Assembly: GCF_009914755.1 (NCBI RefSeq)
Contig: NC_060943.1
DNA: 64,000 bases
Origin: the human T2T-CHM13v2.0 reference genome, Homo sapiens
Strand: one strand, 5' to 3'
Part shown: piece after piece, positions 1 to 14,128 of the stretch
How positions within the stretch are numbered: position 1 is the stretch's first letter
How the letters are laid out: every line of letters starts with the position of its first letter
Notes under the pieces: generated by a model
The model's input: the letters and a program-made list of their open reading frames with translations, nothing else
What the model was told of the DNA's origin: nothing
Database searches by the model: none
Program-made: the position numbers and the translations under genes

Positions 1-527
<527 letters not shown>

Positions 528-3500
528 TCACCCTCTCTTCTATTACAAACAATATTACAGGGGTATGTACACTTCCCGCGATATGGGGAGTAATATTACC
601 CTCACCCACCCTGGATATTATGAACCATATCACAGGAGAGTGTACATCCCCCAAGATGTGGAGAGTGATAGCAGCCTCCTTCCCCAGGATATTATGAACC
701 ATAACACACCCCCGGCAATATGAGGAGTAATATCACCCTCTCCCGACCTGGATATTACGAACCATGTCACAGGAGGGTGTACATGCCCCGAGATATGGGG
801 AGTAACATTACCCTCTCCTCCCCTGGATATTACAAACCATGTTACAACCCCCGTGATATGGTGAGTAATATCACCCACTATATCCCCTAGATATTACAAA
901 CCATATCACAGGAAGGTGTACGCCCCCCACAATATGGGGAGTAATATCAATCTCTCCCCTTCTGGATATTACGAACCATATCACAGGGAAGGGTATACCT
1001 CCCATGATATGGGAAGTAATATCACCCTCTCCAACTTGGATATTATGAACCATATCATAAAGGGGTGTCTGCACCCAGCAATATGGAAAGTAATATCACC
1101 TTTTCCTCCCCTAGATATTACAAACCATATCACAGGGGGGGTGTATGCCCTCTGCAATACGGGGATTAATATCACCCTCTTCTTTTCTGGTTATTATGAA
1201 CCATATCACAGGGGTTGTATGTCCCCCCGCAATATGGGGAATAATATCACCCTCTCCCCCCTGGATATTAGGAACCATATCACAGGGAAGTGTACTCCCT
1301 TCATGATATGGAAACGAATATCGACCTCTGCCCCCTGGATATTACTAATTATACCACAGAAGAGTGCACGCCCCCTGATATGGGGAGTAATATCACCATC
1401 TCCCCCTAGGGATATTATGAACCACACCACAGGGGGTGTACGATCCCCTCGATATGGGGAATAATGTCACCCTGTCTCCCCCGGGATATTACGAACCATA
1501 TCACAGGGGGTGTACACACCCCCCAAAAAGGGGGTAATATCAACCTCTAACCCCTGGGATATTAAGAACCATATCACACACCCCGTGATATGGAGAGTAG
1601 TGTCACCCTCTCCCCCTTCGAATATTACGAATCATATCACACCCCCTGTGATATGGAAAGTAATATCACACTCTACCCCCTGGGATATTACAAACCATGT
1701 CATGGGAGGGTGTAGTCCTTCTGCAATATAGGGATTAATATCACCCTCTCCCCCTCAGGATATTACAAACCCTATCACACCTTTTGCGATATGGGGAGTA
1801 ATATCATTCTCTCATCGCTGGATATTACGAACCATATCACACCTCCCAAGATATGTGGAGTAATATCATCGTCCTCTACCCTTCTGGATATTATGAACCA
1901 TATCACAGGGGGTTGTACACCCTTCGCGATATGAGGAGCAATATCACCCTCCTCTCTCCCCTGGATATTATGAACTATATCACAGGGGAGTTTACAACAC
2001 CCGCGATATGGGGAGTAAATATCACTCTCCTCTCCCCCGCCTGGATATTATGAACCACGTCACAGGGCGTGTGTACACTTCACTTCAACTTTTTCCCTTA
2101 AGTTGTACACATCAACTTCTTCCTTTGAGATACTATGAACCAGATCACGGGGGTGTATGCTCCCCGCGATATGGGGAGTAATATCACCCTCGCCCCCCAA
2201 AGATATTACAAACCATATCACAGGGGGCTGTACGTCTCCACAATATGGGGAGTAATATTACCCTCTCCCCCCTGGATATTATAAGCCAAACCATAGGGGG
2301 TTGTAGGCCACCCGCGATATAGGGCATAGTATCTTCCTCCACTCTCCGGAATATTATGAGCTATATCACAGGGGGGTGTATGCCCTTCGCGATATGGGGA
2401 GTAATATCACCTTCTCCCCTCGGGATATAAAGAACCACATCACAAAAAAGTGGACGCCTTCCACGATATGGGGAGTGATATCACCCTCATCTGCCCCCCT
2501 GGATATTACCAACCACATCACAAAGGGGTGTACACCCCCCCGATATTGGGAGTAATGTCACCCTCCTTTTTCACTCTGGATATTCTGAACCATATCACAG
2601 GGAGTTGTACACCGCCTGCGATATGAGGAGTAATATAGTAATAGCATCTTCTCCACCCCTGGATATTAGGAACAAAATCACAAGGAAAGTGTACATTCCC
2701 TGCGATATTGAAAGTAAAATCATCCTTCCCCCATATTGCATATTAGAAACAATATCACAGCTCGGGTGTATACCCCCTGCGATATTGGGAGCAATATCAT
2801 CCTCTGCCTCCTGGATATTAGAAAAAATATCACAAGGGGGTGTATACGACTCCTGAGATATTGGGAGTAACATCATTCTCTCCCACCCTGAATATTAGGA
2901 ACAATATCACAGGGGGGTGTACACCCTCTCCAATATTGAGAGTAATATTATCCTGCCACCCCACCCCCCAGATATTAGGAACAAAATTACAGGGAAAATG
3001 TACGCCCTGTGATATTGGAAATAATACTATTTTTTATTTCTCTGGATATTAGGAACAATATCACGGGGGGTGTACACCCTCTGCGATATTGGGAATAATA
3101 TTATCCTCTGCCCCCCTGGATATTGGAACAATATCAAAGGGGGGTGTACACCCCTGTCAATATTAAGGGTAATATCATACTCTCCCTTTCCTGATATTAG
3201 GAAAAATATCACAAAGGAGGTGTTCACCCCTGCAATATTGGGAGTAACATGATTTTCTCCTCTACTGGATATGAGAAACAATATCACAGGGGTAGTGTAC
3301 ACGCTCAGTATTGAAAGTAATATCATCTTCTCACTCCCTGGATATTAGCAACAATATAACAGGGAAGGTGAACACTTCTTGCGATATTGTGAGTAATATT
3401 ATCTTCTACTCCGCCGGATGTAGGTGTACATCCCCTGCGATATTGGGAGTAATATGATTCTCTCCCCCTCTGGGTATTAGGAACAATATCACGGAGTGGG

Positions 3501-6500
3501 GGGAGACACCACCCGCGATATTGGGAGTAATATTATCCTGTCATTCTCCTGGATATTAGGAACAATATCATAAGGGAGTGTACACCTCCTGTGATATTGA
3601 TAGTAATATCACCCTCATTTTCCCTAGATATTAGAAACAATATCACAGGTTGGGGTGTACACCCCCTGTGATCCTGAGTGTAATATCCTCTCCCTCCCTG
3701 GATATTGGAAGCAATATCACAGAAAGGGTGTACAGTCTTTGCGATATTGGGAGTAATATCATCCTCTCCCTCATGGATATTAAGAACAATATCAAAGAAG
3801 GCCTGTACACACCCTGTGACATTGGGAGTAATATCATCTTCTCTTCCTCTGGATATTAGAAACAATATCACACGGAGGGTGTATAGCCCTGGGATATTTG
3901 GAGTAATATTATCCTCTCCCACCCTGGATATTAAAAACAATATCACAGTGGGGGTGTAATCCCCCTGCGATATTGGGAGTAATATCATCCTCTCCCCCCA
4001 GATATTAGAAACTATATAAAAAGAAGGGTGTACACCCCATGCGATATTGGAAGGAATATTATTTTCTCCAACCTTGAATATTAAAAACAATATCACAGGG
4101 GGCTCTACACCCCCTGCTGCAATACAGTGAGTAATATTACCCTCCTTCGTCCTGAACATTAGGAAGAATATCACAAGGGGAGTTTACATCTCCTGTGATG
4201 TTGGGAGTAATACCATCCTCTCCTCCACTGCATATTAGAAACAATATCTCAGGGAAGGTGTACACCCCTGCGATATTGGGAGTAATATAATCATTTACCC
4301 CTCTGGATATTAGGAACAATATCACAGGACAGGTATACATTTCTTGTAATATTAGGAGTAATATCATCCTCTTTCCTTCTGGATATTAGGAAAAATATCA
4401 CAGGGGGAGTGTATGTCCCCTTCGATTTTAGGAGTAATATTATCTTCTCCACCCCTGGATATTAGAAGAAACAATATCACATAGGGTTGTACAGCCCCTG
4501 CGATATTAGGAGTAATATCATCTCCTTTCCCCCTGGATATTAGGAACAATATCAAAGGGAGGTTGTACACCTTCTACAATATTTAAAGTAATATCATCTC
4601 CTCCGCTGGATACTAGGAACAATATCACAGGAGGTGTGCACACCCCCTGCGATATTGAGAGTAATATAATTTTCTCCCATCCTTGATATTAGAAACAATA
4701 TCACGGGGAGATGTACACCCATTGTGATATGTGATATTAGGAGTAATATCATTTTCTCCCTTCCTGGATATTAGGAAAAATATCATAGTGGGAGTGTAAG
4801 TTCCCTGCGATTTTAAGAGTAATAGCATCCCCTCCCCCCCTGGATATTAGGAAGAATATCACAGAAGCGATGTACACCCCCTGTGATATTGGGATTAATA
4901 TCATCCTCTCTCTTCCTGGATATTAGGATCAATATCACAGGGAAGTGTACACACCCTGCGATATTTGGAGTTATATTATTCTTTTCCTTTTTGAATATGA
5001 GAAACAATATCACAGGGCCGTTGGACACCCCCTACAATATTGCGAGTAATACCATCCTCTCACCGCTGGATATTAGAAACAACATCACAAGGGGCTGTAC
5101 ACCTTCTGTGATATTGACAGTAATATCATCCTCTTCTTTCTTAGATATAACAAACAATATCACAGGAGGAGTGTACACCCACTGTTGATATTGGGAGTAA
5201 TATTATCACAGGGCGTGCGTGCAACCCCTGCAATATTGGGAGCAATGTCATCCTCTCTTACTCTGGATATTAGGAACAATATCACGGGGGGTGTATACAG
5301 CCTGCAATATTGGGAGTAACATCATTCTTTGCCTCCCTGGATATTAAGAATGATATCATGGGGGGCCTGTACACCCCCTGCGATATTGGGAGTAATATCA
5401 GCCTTTCACCCTTTGGATATAAAAAACAATATCACGGGGATGGTGTACACCCTCTGCTGTATTTGGAGTAGTAGCATTCTTTTCTCCATGAATATTAGGA
5501 ACAATATCTCAGGAGGAGTGTACGTCCCCTGTGATTTTGGGAGTAATATTATCCTCTCCCCCTGGATATTAGCAACAATATCACAGGGGTGGTGTACACC
5601 CCCTGCGATACTGGGAGTAATATCATTCTCTCCTTTCCTGGATGTTAGGAATAATATCACAAAGAGGATGTACACCTTCTGTGATATTGGGGGTAATATC
5701 CTTACCCACATAAATATTAGGAAATATATCACAGGGGGGTGTACATATCCTGCGATATTGGAAGTAGTTCATTCTTTCCCGCCTGGATATTATGAACAGT
5801 ATCCCAGGGGTGTGTACACTCTGTGATATTGGGGGTAATGTCATCTTCTACCCCCCTGGATATTATAAACAATATCACAGGGGATGTACACACAGGATGT
5901 TTACGTTATTTTGAGTAATATCATCCTCTCCACCCCTGGATATTACAAACAATATCACAGGGAGGTGCACATCCCCTGAAATATTGGCAATTATATCATC
6001 CTTTTCTCCCCTGGATATTACGAACAATATCACAGTGGGGTGTACACCCCCTGTGATACTCGGAGTGATATCATCCTCTCCTTTTCTAGATATTTCAAAG
6101 AATATCACAGGGACCGTACACCACCTGCAATATTGGGAGTAATATCATCCTCTCCTTTTCTGGATATGATGAACAATAAATATCACTAGTGGGTGGACAC
6201 CCCCGGTGATATTGGGAGTAATGTTATCCTGTCTTCCCCTGGATATTATGAACAATATGGCAAAGGGGTGTACACTCCCTGGGATATTGGGAGTAATAGC
6301 ATCCTCTTTCATTCCGGATATTGGGAACAATATCACAGGAGAGTGTACACCCCCTTCGATATTGGAAGTAATATTATCATATTTTTTTCCTGTATTTTAA
6401 GAACAATATCATCTTCTCCATTCTGAATATTACCAACAATATTACAGGGGGATGAACGTCCCCTGAGATATTAAGACTAATATAATTTTCTCTCCCCCTA

Positions 6501-6719
6501 GATATTACGAACAATATCACAGGGGGTTGTACTCCCCCTGCTATATTGGAAATAATAGCATTCTCTTTTCTTCTTGGTATTACAAACAAGATCACAGGGG
6601 GGTGTACACTCCCCACGATTTTGGGAGCTATATCATCCTTTCCCCCTCTGGATATTCGGAACAATATCACAGGGAGTGTGCACCCCCTGCGATATTGGGA
6701 GTAACATTATCCTCTCCCC

Positions 6720-7400
6720 AGAGCGCCTCTGCCCGGCCTCTGAACCGTCTGGGAAGTGAGGAGCGCCTCTGCCCGGCAGCCCCACCATCTGGGAAATGAG
6801 GAGAGTCTCTGCCCGGAGTCCAAGTGTCTGGGAAGTGAGGAGCGCCTCTGCCCAGCCGCCCCACTGTCAGGGAAGTGAGGAGTGCCTCAGCTCGGCGGCC
6901 ACACCATCTGGGAAGTGAGGAGCACCTCTGCATGGCCACACCACCGTCTGGGAAGTGAGGATCGCCTCTAGCCTGCCGCCCCACCATGTGGGAAGTGAGG
7001 AGCGCCTCTGCTGGGCCGCCCTACCCTCTGAGAAGTGAGGATCGCCTCTGCCCGGCTGCCCCACCATCTGGGAAGTGTGGAGCGCCTCTGGCTTGCCGCT
7101 GCTCCGTTTGGGAAGTGAGGAGTGCCTCTGCCAGGCCTGCAAACCGTCTGGGCAGTGAGGAGCACCTCTGCCCGGCAGCCCCCTGTTCTGGGAAGTGAGG
7201 AGCACCTCTGCCCGGCTCCTGCAACATCTCGGAAGTGAGGAGCACCTCTGCCCGGCTGCCTCACCGTCTGGGGAGTGAGGAGCGCCTCTGCCCGGCCACT
7301 GTGCAACCCTCCAATTGTGAAGTGGCAGCCTTCTGTTTGATCTTTCTGCCCTTCTCAAGTTTGCATTTTTGACATTAAAGTTTACTTTTAAAATAAAAAA
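6720..7400 (+). mobile_element. SVA2 (SVA-type VNTR plus unique 3' end), 5'-truncated
   Basis: ~40-bp VNTR gggaagtgaggagcgcctctgcccggc, then tgtgcaaccctccaattgtgaagtg...attaaagtttactttt and an A-tail; no SINE-R; TSD attatc(c/t)tctcccc at 6706-6719 and 7401-7414. Confidence 0.85.
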
Positions 7401-7996
7401 ATTATCTTCTCCCCTTCTGGATATTACAAACAATATCACAAGAAGGTTACACCCCTTGAGCTATTGTAAGGAATAGCATCCTCTCCCTACCTTGATATTA
7501 CAAACAATATCATATGGGGCTACACACCCCCTGTGATATTGGAAGTAATATCATCCTCTCCCCTTCTGGATTTTATGGACAATATCACAAAAGGGTGTGC
7601 ACCTTCTATGATATTGTGAGTAATATCATCCTCTACCCCCCTGGATATTATGAACCATATCATATGGGGGTGTACACTTCCCACCATATGGGGAGTAATA
7701 GCAACCTCTCCCCTTCCGGATATTACGAACCATACTACAGGGCGGTGTACACCCTCCACGATATGGGGAGTAATAGCATTCTCTCCCGTCGTGGATATTA
7801 CAAACTATACCACAAAGAGGTGTACACTCCCTGTGATATGGGGATAATTACACCTTCTCTCCCTCCTTGATTTTACGATCCGTACTACAAGGGGGTGTAC
7901 ACTCCCCGCAATATGGGGAGTAATAGCACCTACTCCCCCGCTGGATATTAGGAACCAAAGGGGGGTGTACACCCCTCTCTATAAGGGGAGTCACAG

Positions 7997-8501
7997 TGTA
8001 GCAGGAGGAGCCGCGGACAAAATCCCACAGACACCGAGGTAGTGAAGGAAGTGGCTTTTAATCAGCTGGAAGCATCAGCAGACTAGAGTATCAAAATCCA
8101 AGCTTGTTGAGTGCACAATTTCTGTCCTTTTTAAGGGCTCACAACACTAAGGTTTTTACATGAAAGGGCCATGATTGATTGAGCAATCTAGTGGGTATGT
8201 GACAAGGGCTGCATGCACCAGTACTCAGAGTGAAACAGAACAGAACAAGAAATTTCACAATGTCCTTCCATACAATGTCTGGAATCTATGGATAACATCA
8301 GTTGCTAGGTCATGGGTTGAATTTTAACTTTCAGGCTAAGGTCAGGAAGGCCCAGGCCTGGTTTCGGGTCTGGTTTTGGATCTGGTGCCTGGCGCCGGGC
8401 TGCCTGCCTTTGGTTTCGCTTCCTTGTTTCTTCTTAAAACAGGTACTGAGTATAAAATAATACAGAACAATATGGGGGGGGTCTTTTGCTCTCTTCTCTC
8501 A
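7997..8501 (-). mobile_element. Solo LTR, LTR2 family (HERV-E/Harlequin, LTR2B/C-like)
   Basis: Minus strand runs tgagagaag...tcctgctaca with TG/CA termini; ~4-bp TSD acag/atag inside a satellite monomer. Confidence 0.75.
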
Positions 8502-11500
8502 ATAGCACCCCTTACCTGGGATATTACAAAACATACCATAGAGGGGTGTACGCCTCCTGCAAAATGGGGAATAATAGCACCCTCTCTTACCCTGGATATT
8601 TCGAACCATACCACAGGGAGGTGCACTCCCCCCGCGATATGGGGAGTAATAGCACCCTCAATCCCCTGGATATTGTGAACCGTACCACAGGGGAGTGTAC
8701 ATTTCCAGCGATATGAGGGGTAATAACACCCTCTTCGTTCCCGGAGATTACAAAACATACCACACGGGGGTGTACACACCCCGCGATATGGGAAGTAATA
8801 GCATCCTCTTTCCCCCTGGATATTAGGAACCGTACCGCAGCAGGGTGTACATGCCTCGCGATATGGGGAATAATAGCACCCTTTCCCTCCCTGGATATTA
8901 TGAACCATACCACAGGGGGGTGTACACCCCTTGCAATATGGAAAGTAATAGCACCCTCTTTCCTTCTGGATATTAGGAAACATACCAAAGAGGGGTGTAC
9001 ACCCCCTGCGATATTGAAAGTAATATTATCTTGCTCCCTTCTGGATACTAGGAACAATATCACAGGGGAGTGTACATGCCCTGTGATGTTTTGAGTAATA
9101 TCATCCTCTCCCCTTTGAATGTTAGGATCAATATCACAGGGAGGTGTACACGTTCTGCGATATTGGGAGTAATATCATCCTCTACTTTTCTGGATATTAG
9201 GAACAGTATCACAGAAGATGTGAACACTCCCTGCTATATATCCAGTAATATCAACCTCTCCCCTCCTGGATATCAAGAATAATATAACCGGGGGGTGTAC
9301 CCCACCTCTGATATTGGAAGTAATATCATCCTCTCTCCCTCTATATATTATGAACAATATCTCAGAGAGGGTGTATGCCCCCTGCGATATTGGGCGTAAT
9401 ATCATACTCTCTTCCCCTGGATATTAAAAACAATATCACAGGGGGAATAGGCACCACCTGAGATATTGGGAGTAATATCATCCTCTCCCTTAAAGGATAT
9501 TAGGAACAATACATAGGGGTGGTGTACACCTCCTGTGATATTATAAGTTATATCATCCTCTCTTCCCCCAAAATATTAGGAACAATATTACAGGGGCGTT
9601 GTACACCTTCTGGGATATGGAGAGCAATGTCATCCTCTTTTCCATTGGATATTAGGAACAATATAAAAGGGGGGTGGACACACCCTGCGATATTGGCAGT
9701 AATATCATCTTTTCCCTCCTGGATATTAAGAAAAATATAACAAGAGAGGTGTACACTTCCTGCGACATTGAGAGTGATATCGTCCTCCCCCGCATGGATA
9801 TTAGGAACAATATCACAGGTTGGTGCACACCCCCTGCGATATTGGGACTAATATCATCCTCTCCCCGCCCGAATATTTGGAACAATATCACAGGGGGGTG
9901 TACACCCCCCTGCAATATTGAGAGTAATATTCTCTCTTCCTGTGGATATTAGGAACGATATCACAGGAGAGGTGTACACACCCTGAGATATTGGGAGTAA
10001 TATTTTCATCTTTCCTTTTGAATATTAGGAACAATAGCAGGGTGGGGTACACACCCTGTGATATTGGCAGTAATGTCATCCTTCTTCCCCCTGGGTATTA
10101 GAAACAATATAACAGGGGAAGTGTACACCCTCTCCGATATTGGGAGTAATATCATCCTCTTCCCTGCTGGATATTAGGAACAACATGACACGGTGGGTGT
10201 ACACTTCCTGGAAAATGGGATTAATATCATCCTCTTTCTTCCTGGATATTAGGAACACTACCAAAGGGGAAGTGTAACCCCCTGCAATATTGGTAGTAAT
10301 ATCATCCTCTTTTTCCCTGATTATTATGAAGAATATCACAGCGGGGGTGTACAATTTCTGCGATATTGAGAATAATAGCATCCTCTCCTCCCTCCCCAAA
10401 TACTAGAAACAATATCCCAGGATAAGTGTACACCCTCTGCGATATTGGGCATAATATCACACTCTTTTCCCCTGGATATTAGAAACAATATCATAGGTGG
10501 GGTGTACACCCCCTGGGAGTAATATCATCCTCACCACTTCTGGATATTAGGAACAATATCACAGGAGGTGTGTACACCCCTTGCTGCAATGGGAGTAATA
10601 TCATGTACCTTCCCCCTGGATATTGAAAACTATACCACAGGAAAGGTGTACAAACCCTGTGATATTGAAAGTAATATTATCTTCTTTCCCCCTGAGTATT
10701 AGGAACAATACCACATGGGGTGTGTACACCCCCTGCCATATTGGGAGTAATATTATTTTCCCCTCGCCTGGATATAAGGAACAATATCACAGGAGGGGTG
10801 TACACCCCCAGCGATATTGAAAGCAATATCATCTCCTCCCCTCTTGATATTAAAAACAATATCACCGGAGGAGTTCACACCCCTGTGATATGGAGACTAA
10901 TATCATTTTCTCCCCACCGAAGTATTAAGAACAATATCATGGGGGGGTGTGTACACCTTTTGTGATATTGGGAGTAATATCATCCTTTTCCAACCTGTAT
11001 ATTAAAAACCATATCACAGGGGGTGTGTACACCCCCTGTAATATTCACAATAATATCATCGTTTTCTTCCCTGGCTATTAGGAACAATATCACAATGGTG
11101 GTGTACACCCCCTGTGATATTGGGAGTAACATCATCCTCTTCCCTTTTGGATACTGTGAACAATCCCACAGGGGAGAGGTACACCCCCTGCGATATTGGG
11201 AGTAATATCCTCTCCCGTCATGGATATTAGGAACAATATCACAGGAGCGGTGTACACCCCCTGCGATATTGGGAGTAATATCATTTTCTCCCAACCTAAC
11301 TAGCACAATATCACAGGGGGTGTTCGCCCCCTGCCATATTGAGAGTAATGTCATCCTCTCCCCTCCTGGATATGAAAAACAATATCACAGTGGGGCCGTG
11401 CACCCCCTGCGATATTGGGAGTAATATCATCCTCTCTACCCCCTGGATATGAGGAACAATATTACAAAGGGGTGTACACCCCCTGGAATATTCACAGCAA

Positions 11501-11974
11501 TATCATTGTTTCCCTTCCTGGATATTAGGAACAGTATCACAAGGGGGGTGTAGACCTCCAGCGATATTGGGAGTAATATCATGCTCTCTCCTTCTTTATA
11601 TTAGAAACAATATCACGGGGAGGGGTGTACACCACCTGCGATATCATCCTCTTTACCCCTGGATATTAGGAACAATATCACTTGTGGGGTGTACTTCTCC
11701 TGTGATATCGGGCATAATAATATCCTCTCCCCCCTGAATATTAAGAACAATATAACAGGGGGACAGCACAACCCCTGTGATATTGAAAGTAATATCATCC
11801 TCTGCTTCCCTGAATATTAGGAACATTATCACGGGGGGGGGGGGGTGTACACTCCCTGCTATATTGGGAGTAATATAATCCTCTCCCTCCCTGAATATTA
11901 GGAACAATATCACAAGGGGGGTGTACAACCCCTTCTATATGAGAAGTAATATCATCCTCTTCCTTCCTTTATAT

Positions 11975-14128
11975 ATATTTTTTTCCATTGAAAGTTGTTT
12001 ATTTCTCTGATGTAAGTGAGCTAAGTCACTACAGCATTAAAATCTCTTTTCTAGAACAACGTAAAGAACAATGTATACACATCTTAAATTTGGTAGGTCA
12101 CAAAAGTTAGAATGCAATCATCTTTTGAGGCAACAAGAAAATAAATAAATAAAAATTAAACACTTTAACCCAAAATTTGGTATTGACAAATCAGTAGTGT
12201 CAACTTCACATATGAAGGACAATACAGTCTGGTTATTTAAAGATGCTCAATATGTCATGGTATTTGGGCTAAAGATACTTAGAATATTGCGTTTCCTTTT
12301 TGATTAAAGGAATACAATGCAATCACCATCAAGCTGCTATCATAACTCATTTTTAGCTGTGGTAAAGTGACCATTTGGTCCATGGCACAAGTTACATATA
12401 TCACACTTCTGTCAAACTGAAACCTTGTAAGATTTCATGTTTATAAGCTACAATACACCCTGACCAAGCTGTCAGTCCCCTCACGGTTTTTTAGAAAAAT
12501 ATCTACATTTGTCCTTATGGATGTCAAAATGTTACACCATCATTTGTTAAAAAAAAAAAAAAAAGATGCACATTCATACTGTGAAGTTATTAGGAAAATA
12601 CTCTTGCAAACAAACTATATAAAGATAAAACACGCTTCAAAAGTATGTGGTTTGTTTTCTTGTTTGTCTGTTTTACAATATTCTATAAAGTGCAGAGTCC
12701 TAAGGGAAAAAACTACTCCCTATAACAATAGTTCAATTACAGCAGCTTTTGCATAGCAATACTTAGAGAAAGTTGGACACTACAGTTTCTTCAGGAAGAG
12801 AAGGATGGAAGAGTATCTTCTGATTCAGATTGTTTTTTGGCCATAAGTCTGCTTTCTTCAGGAATGGTTGCTGATGCCAAATCTCCGTTAAGTGTATTTT
12901 ATGAACAGTGAACAGGTCTATCTGGGTCTTCAAGAGGAATATCACTACAAGAATCTGTATCTGAGTAGGTTCTTCGGCGTCGCTGGGAGAGTCGGTGAAG
13001 TGCAGATACTGGTTCTTTTATACAGTGGCTACTCCTCCCTGGTGCAAGAACCAGGGTGGCTGACAGAACGCTTCCTCATTTGAACAGGAGAAGGTGACAC
13101 AGGAGAAACTAAGGGATCCGGATGGTGCCGTTGAAACATCTCAGGTTTAAACCTGGCATTGGCTATCTTCACACATTCCTCAAGCGTTGTGATGAACGTG
13201 TTACACGTGGCACTAAGCAGAGAAGAGGCTTCATTGATGTTCTCTGCACTAGGAGATGAATGATTCTCATCGTGGTGAACAAATTCCTGTATCGTATGAA
13301 CTTGCTGCATTAAGAGGTCACAGTAGAGGCGAAGTTCAGACATTTTGGTTTTCAGCGATTCACTGGTTTCACTTCTTTCTTTTTCGTTTTTAGTCCTTGT
13401 ATCAGTCAAACATGCTTTGGAGCTCCCCAGAGCGACCAGCCACCTCTGTCTTTCAGCTGCGTTCACTGCCTTCATGTAGAAATGCTGCTCTCCAGGAATG
13501 ATTAATTCCATTCTTGTGTTGTCTGCTGAATGAACAGAATTTATGTATCCAATCAAGGGTGGTCCCCTCCAAAGCTGTCACCTTTAATTTCACAAACTGC
13601 CATCTTTATGCTTCCTTTGCTCCCTTTGCAAACATCATCTTGTGAATCATAATAGGATAAGATTCCATTATCTAAAACAAACCAACGAGGCTGCCAACCT
13701 GTGAGATAGTTGGTCCACTTGTACAAAACCCCCTCCATGCTTCAGAGCCCCACACCGCTCATCCTCCCGGCCCGGCGCCGGCCGCGGTGATGGGGTAGGC
13801 GCGGGGCCTGGGGCAGCCTTTCCCGGCCCGCCCGGGCCCCCTCCGCCGGCACGAAGCCGCTTTCTGCCTGCGCGCGCCGCAGGGACGTGGCGGCCCTTAG
13901 AGGCCGGGACAGCGGGCGCAGCGTGGAGCTTGGGGGCCGCGAGGCGCGGGCTCAGACATCCCCGGGTAAGCCTCGGCGGCGGCGGCCGCGACAACGGCAA
14001 AAATGCGACTGCGACCGCGACCGGTCTCGTGCTCGCGCTTCCGCGGCCCGGCTGCTCCCTCCGGCGCCCCGGCGCTGCCTCTTCCTCGCCTGCCTTCCTT
14101 CCCCCTGGGCTCCCCGTTTGTTTTTCGA
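11975..14128 (-). pseudogene. PLEKHA3P1: Processed pseudogene of PLEKHA3 (FAPP1); CDS remnant 13738-12791
   Basis: [32 protein letters not shown] domain through ...EDTLPSFSS*; intronless; GC-rich 5'UTR, AATAAA (11998-12003), degraded A-tail; 13-bp TSD ccttcctttatat at 11962-11974 and 14129-14141; frameshifts and a nonsense codon. Confidence 0.93.

Noticed and set aside
6667-7439. 100-190 aa GC-rich ORFs
   Set aside because: Translations of the SVA2 VNTR.
13029-13738. PLEKHA3 as a functional gene
   Set aside because: Intronless with TSDs, a frameshifting insert, a second frameshift near 13035 and a nonsense codon.
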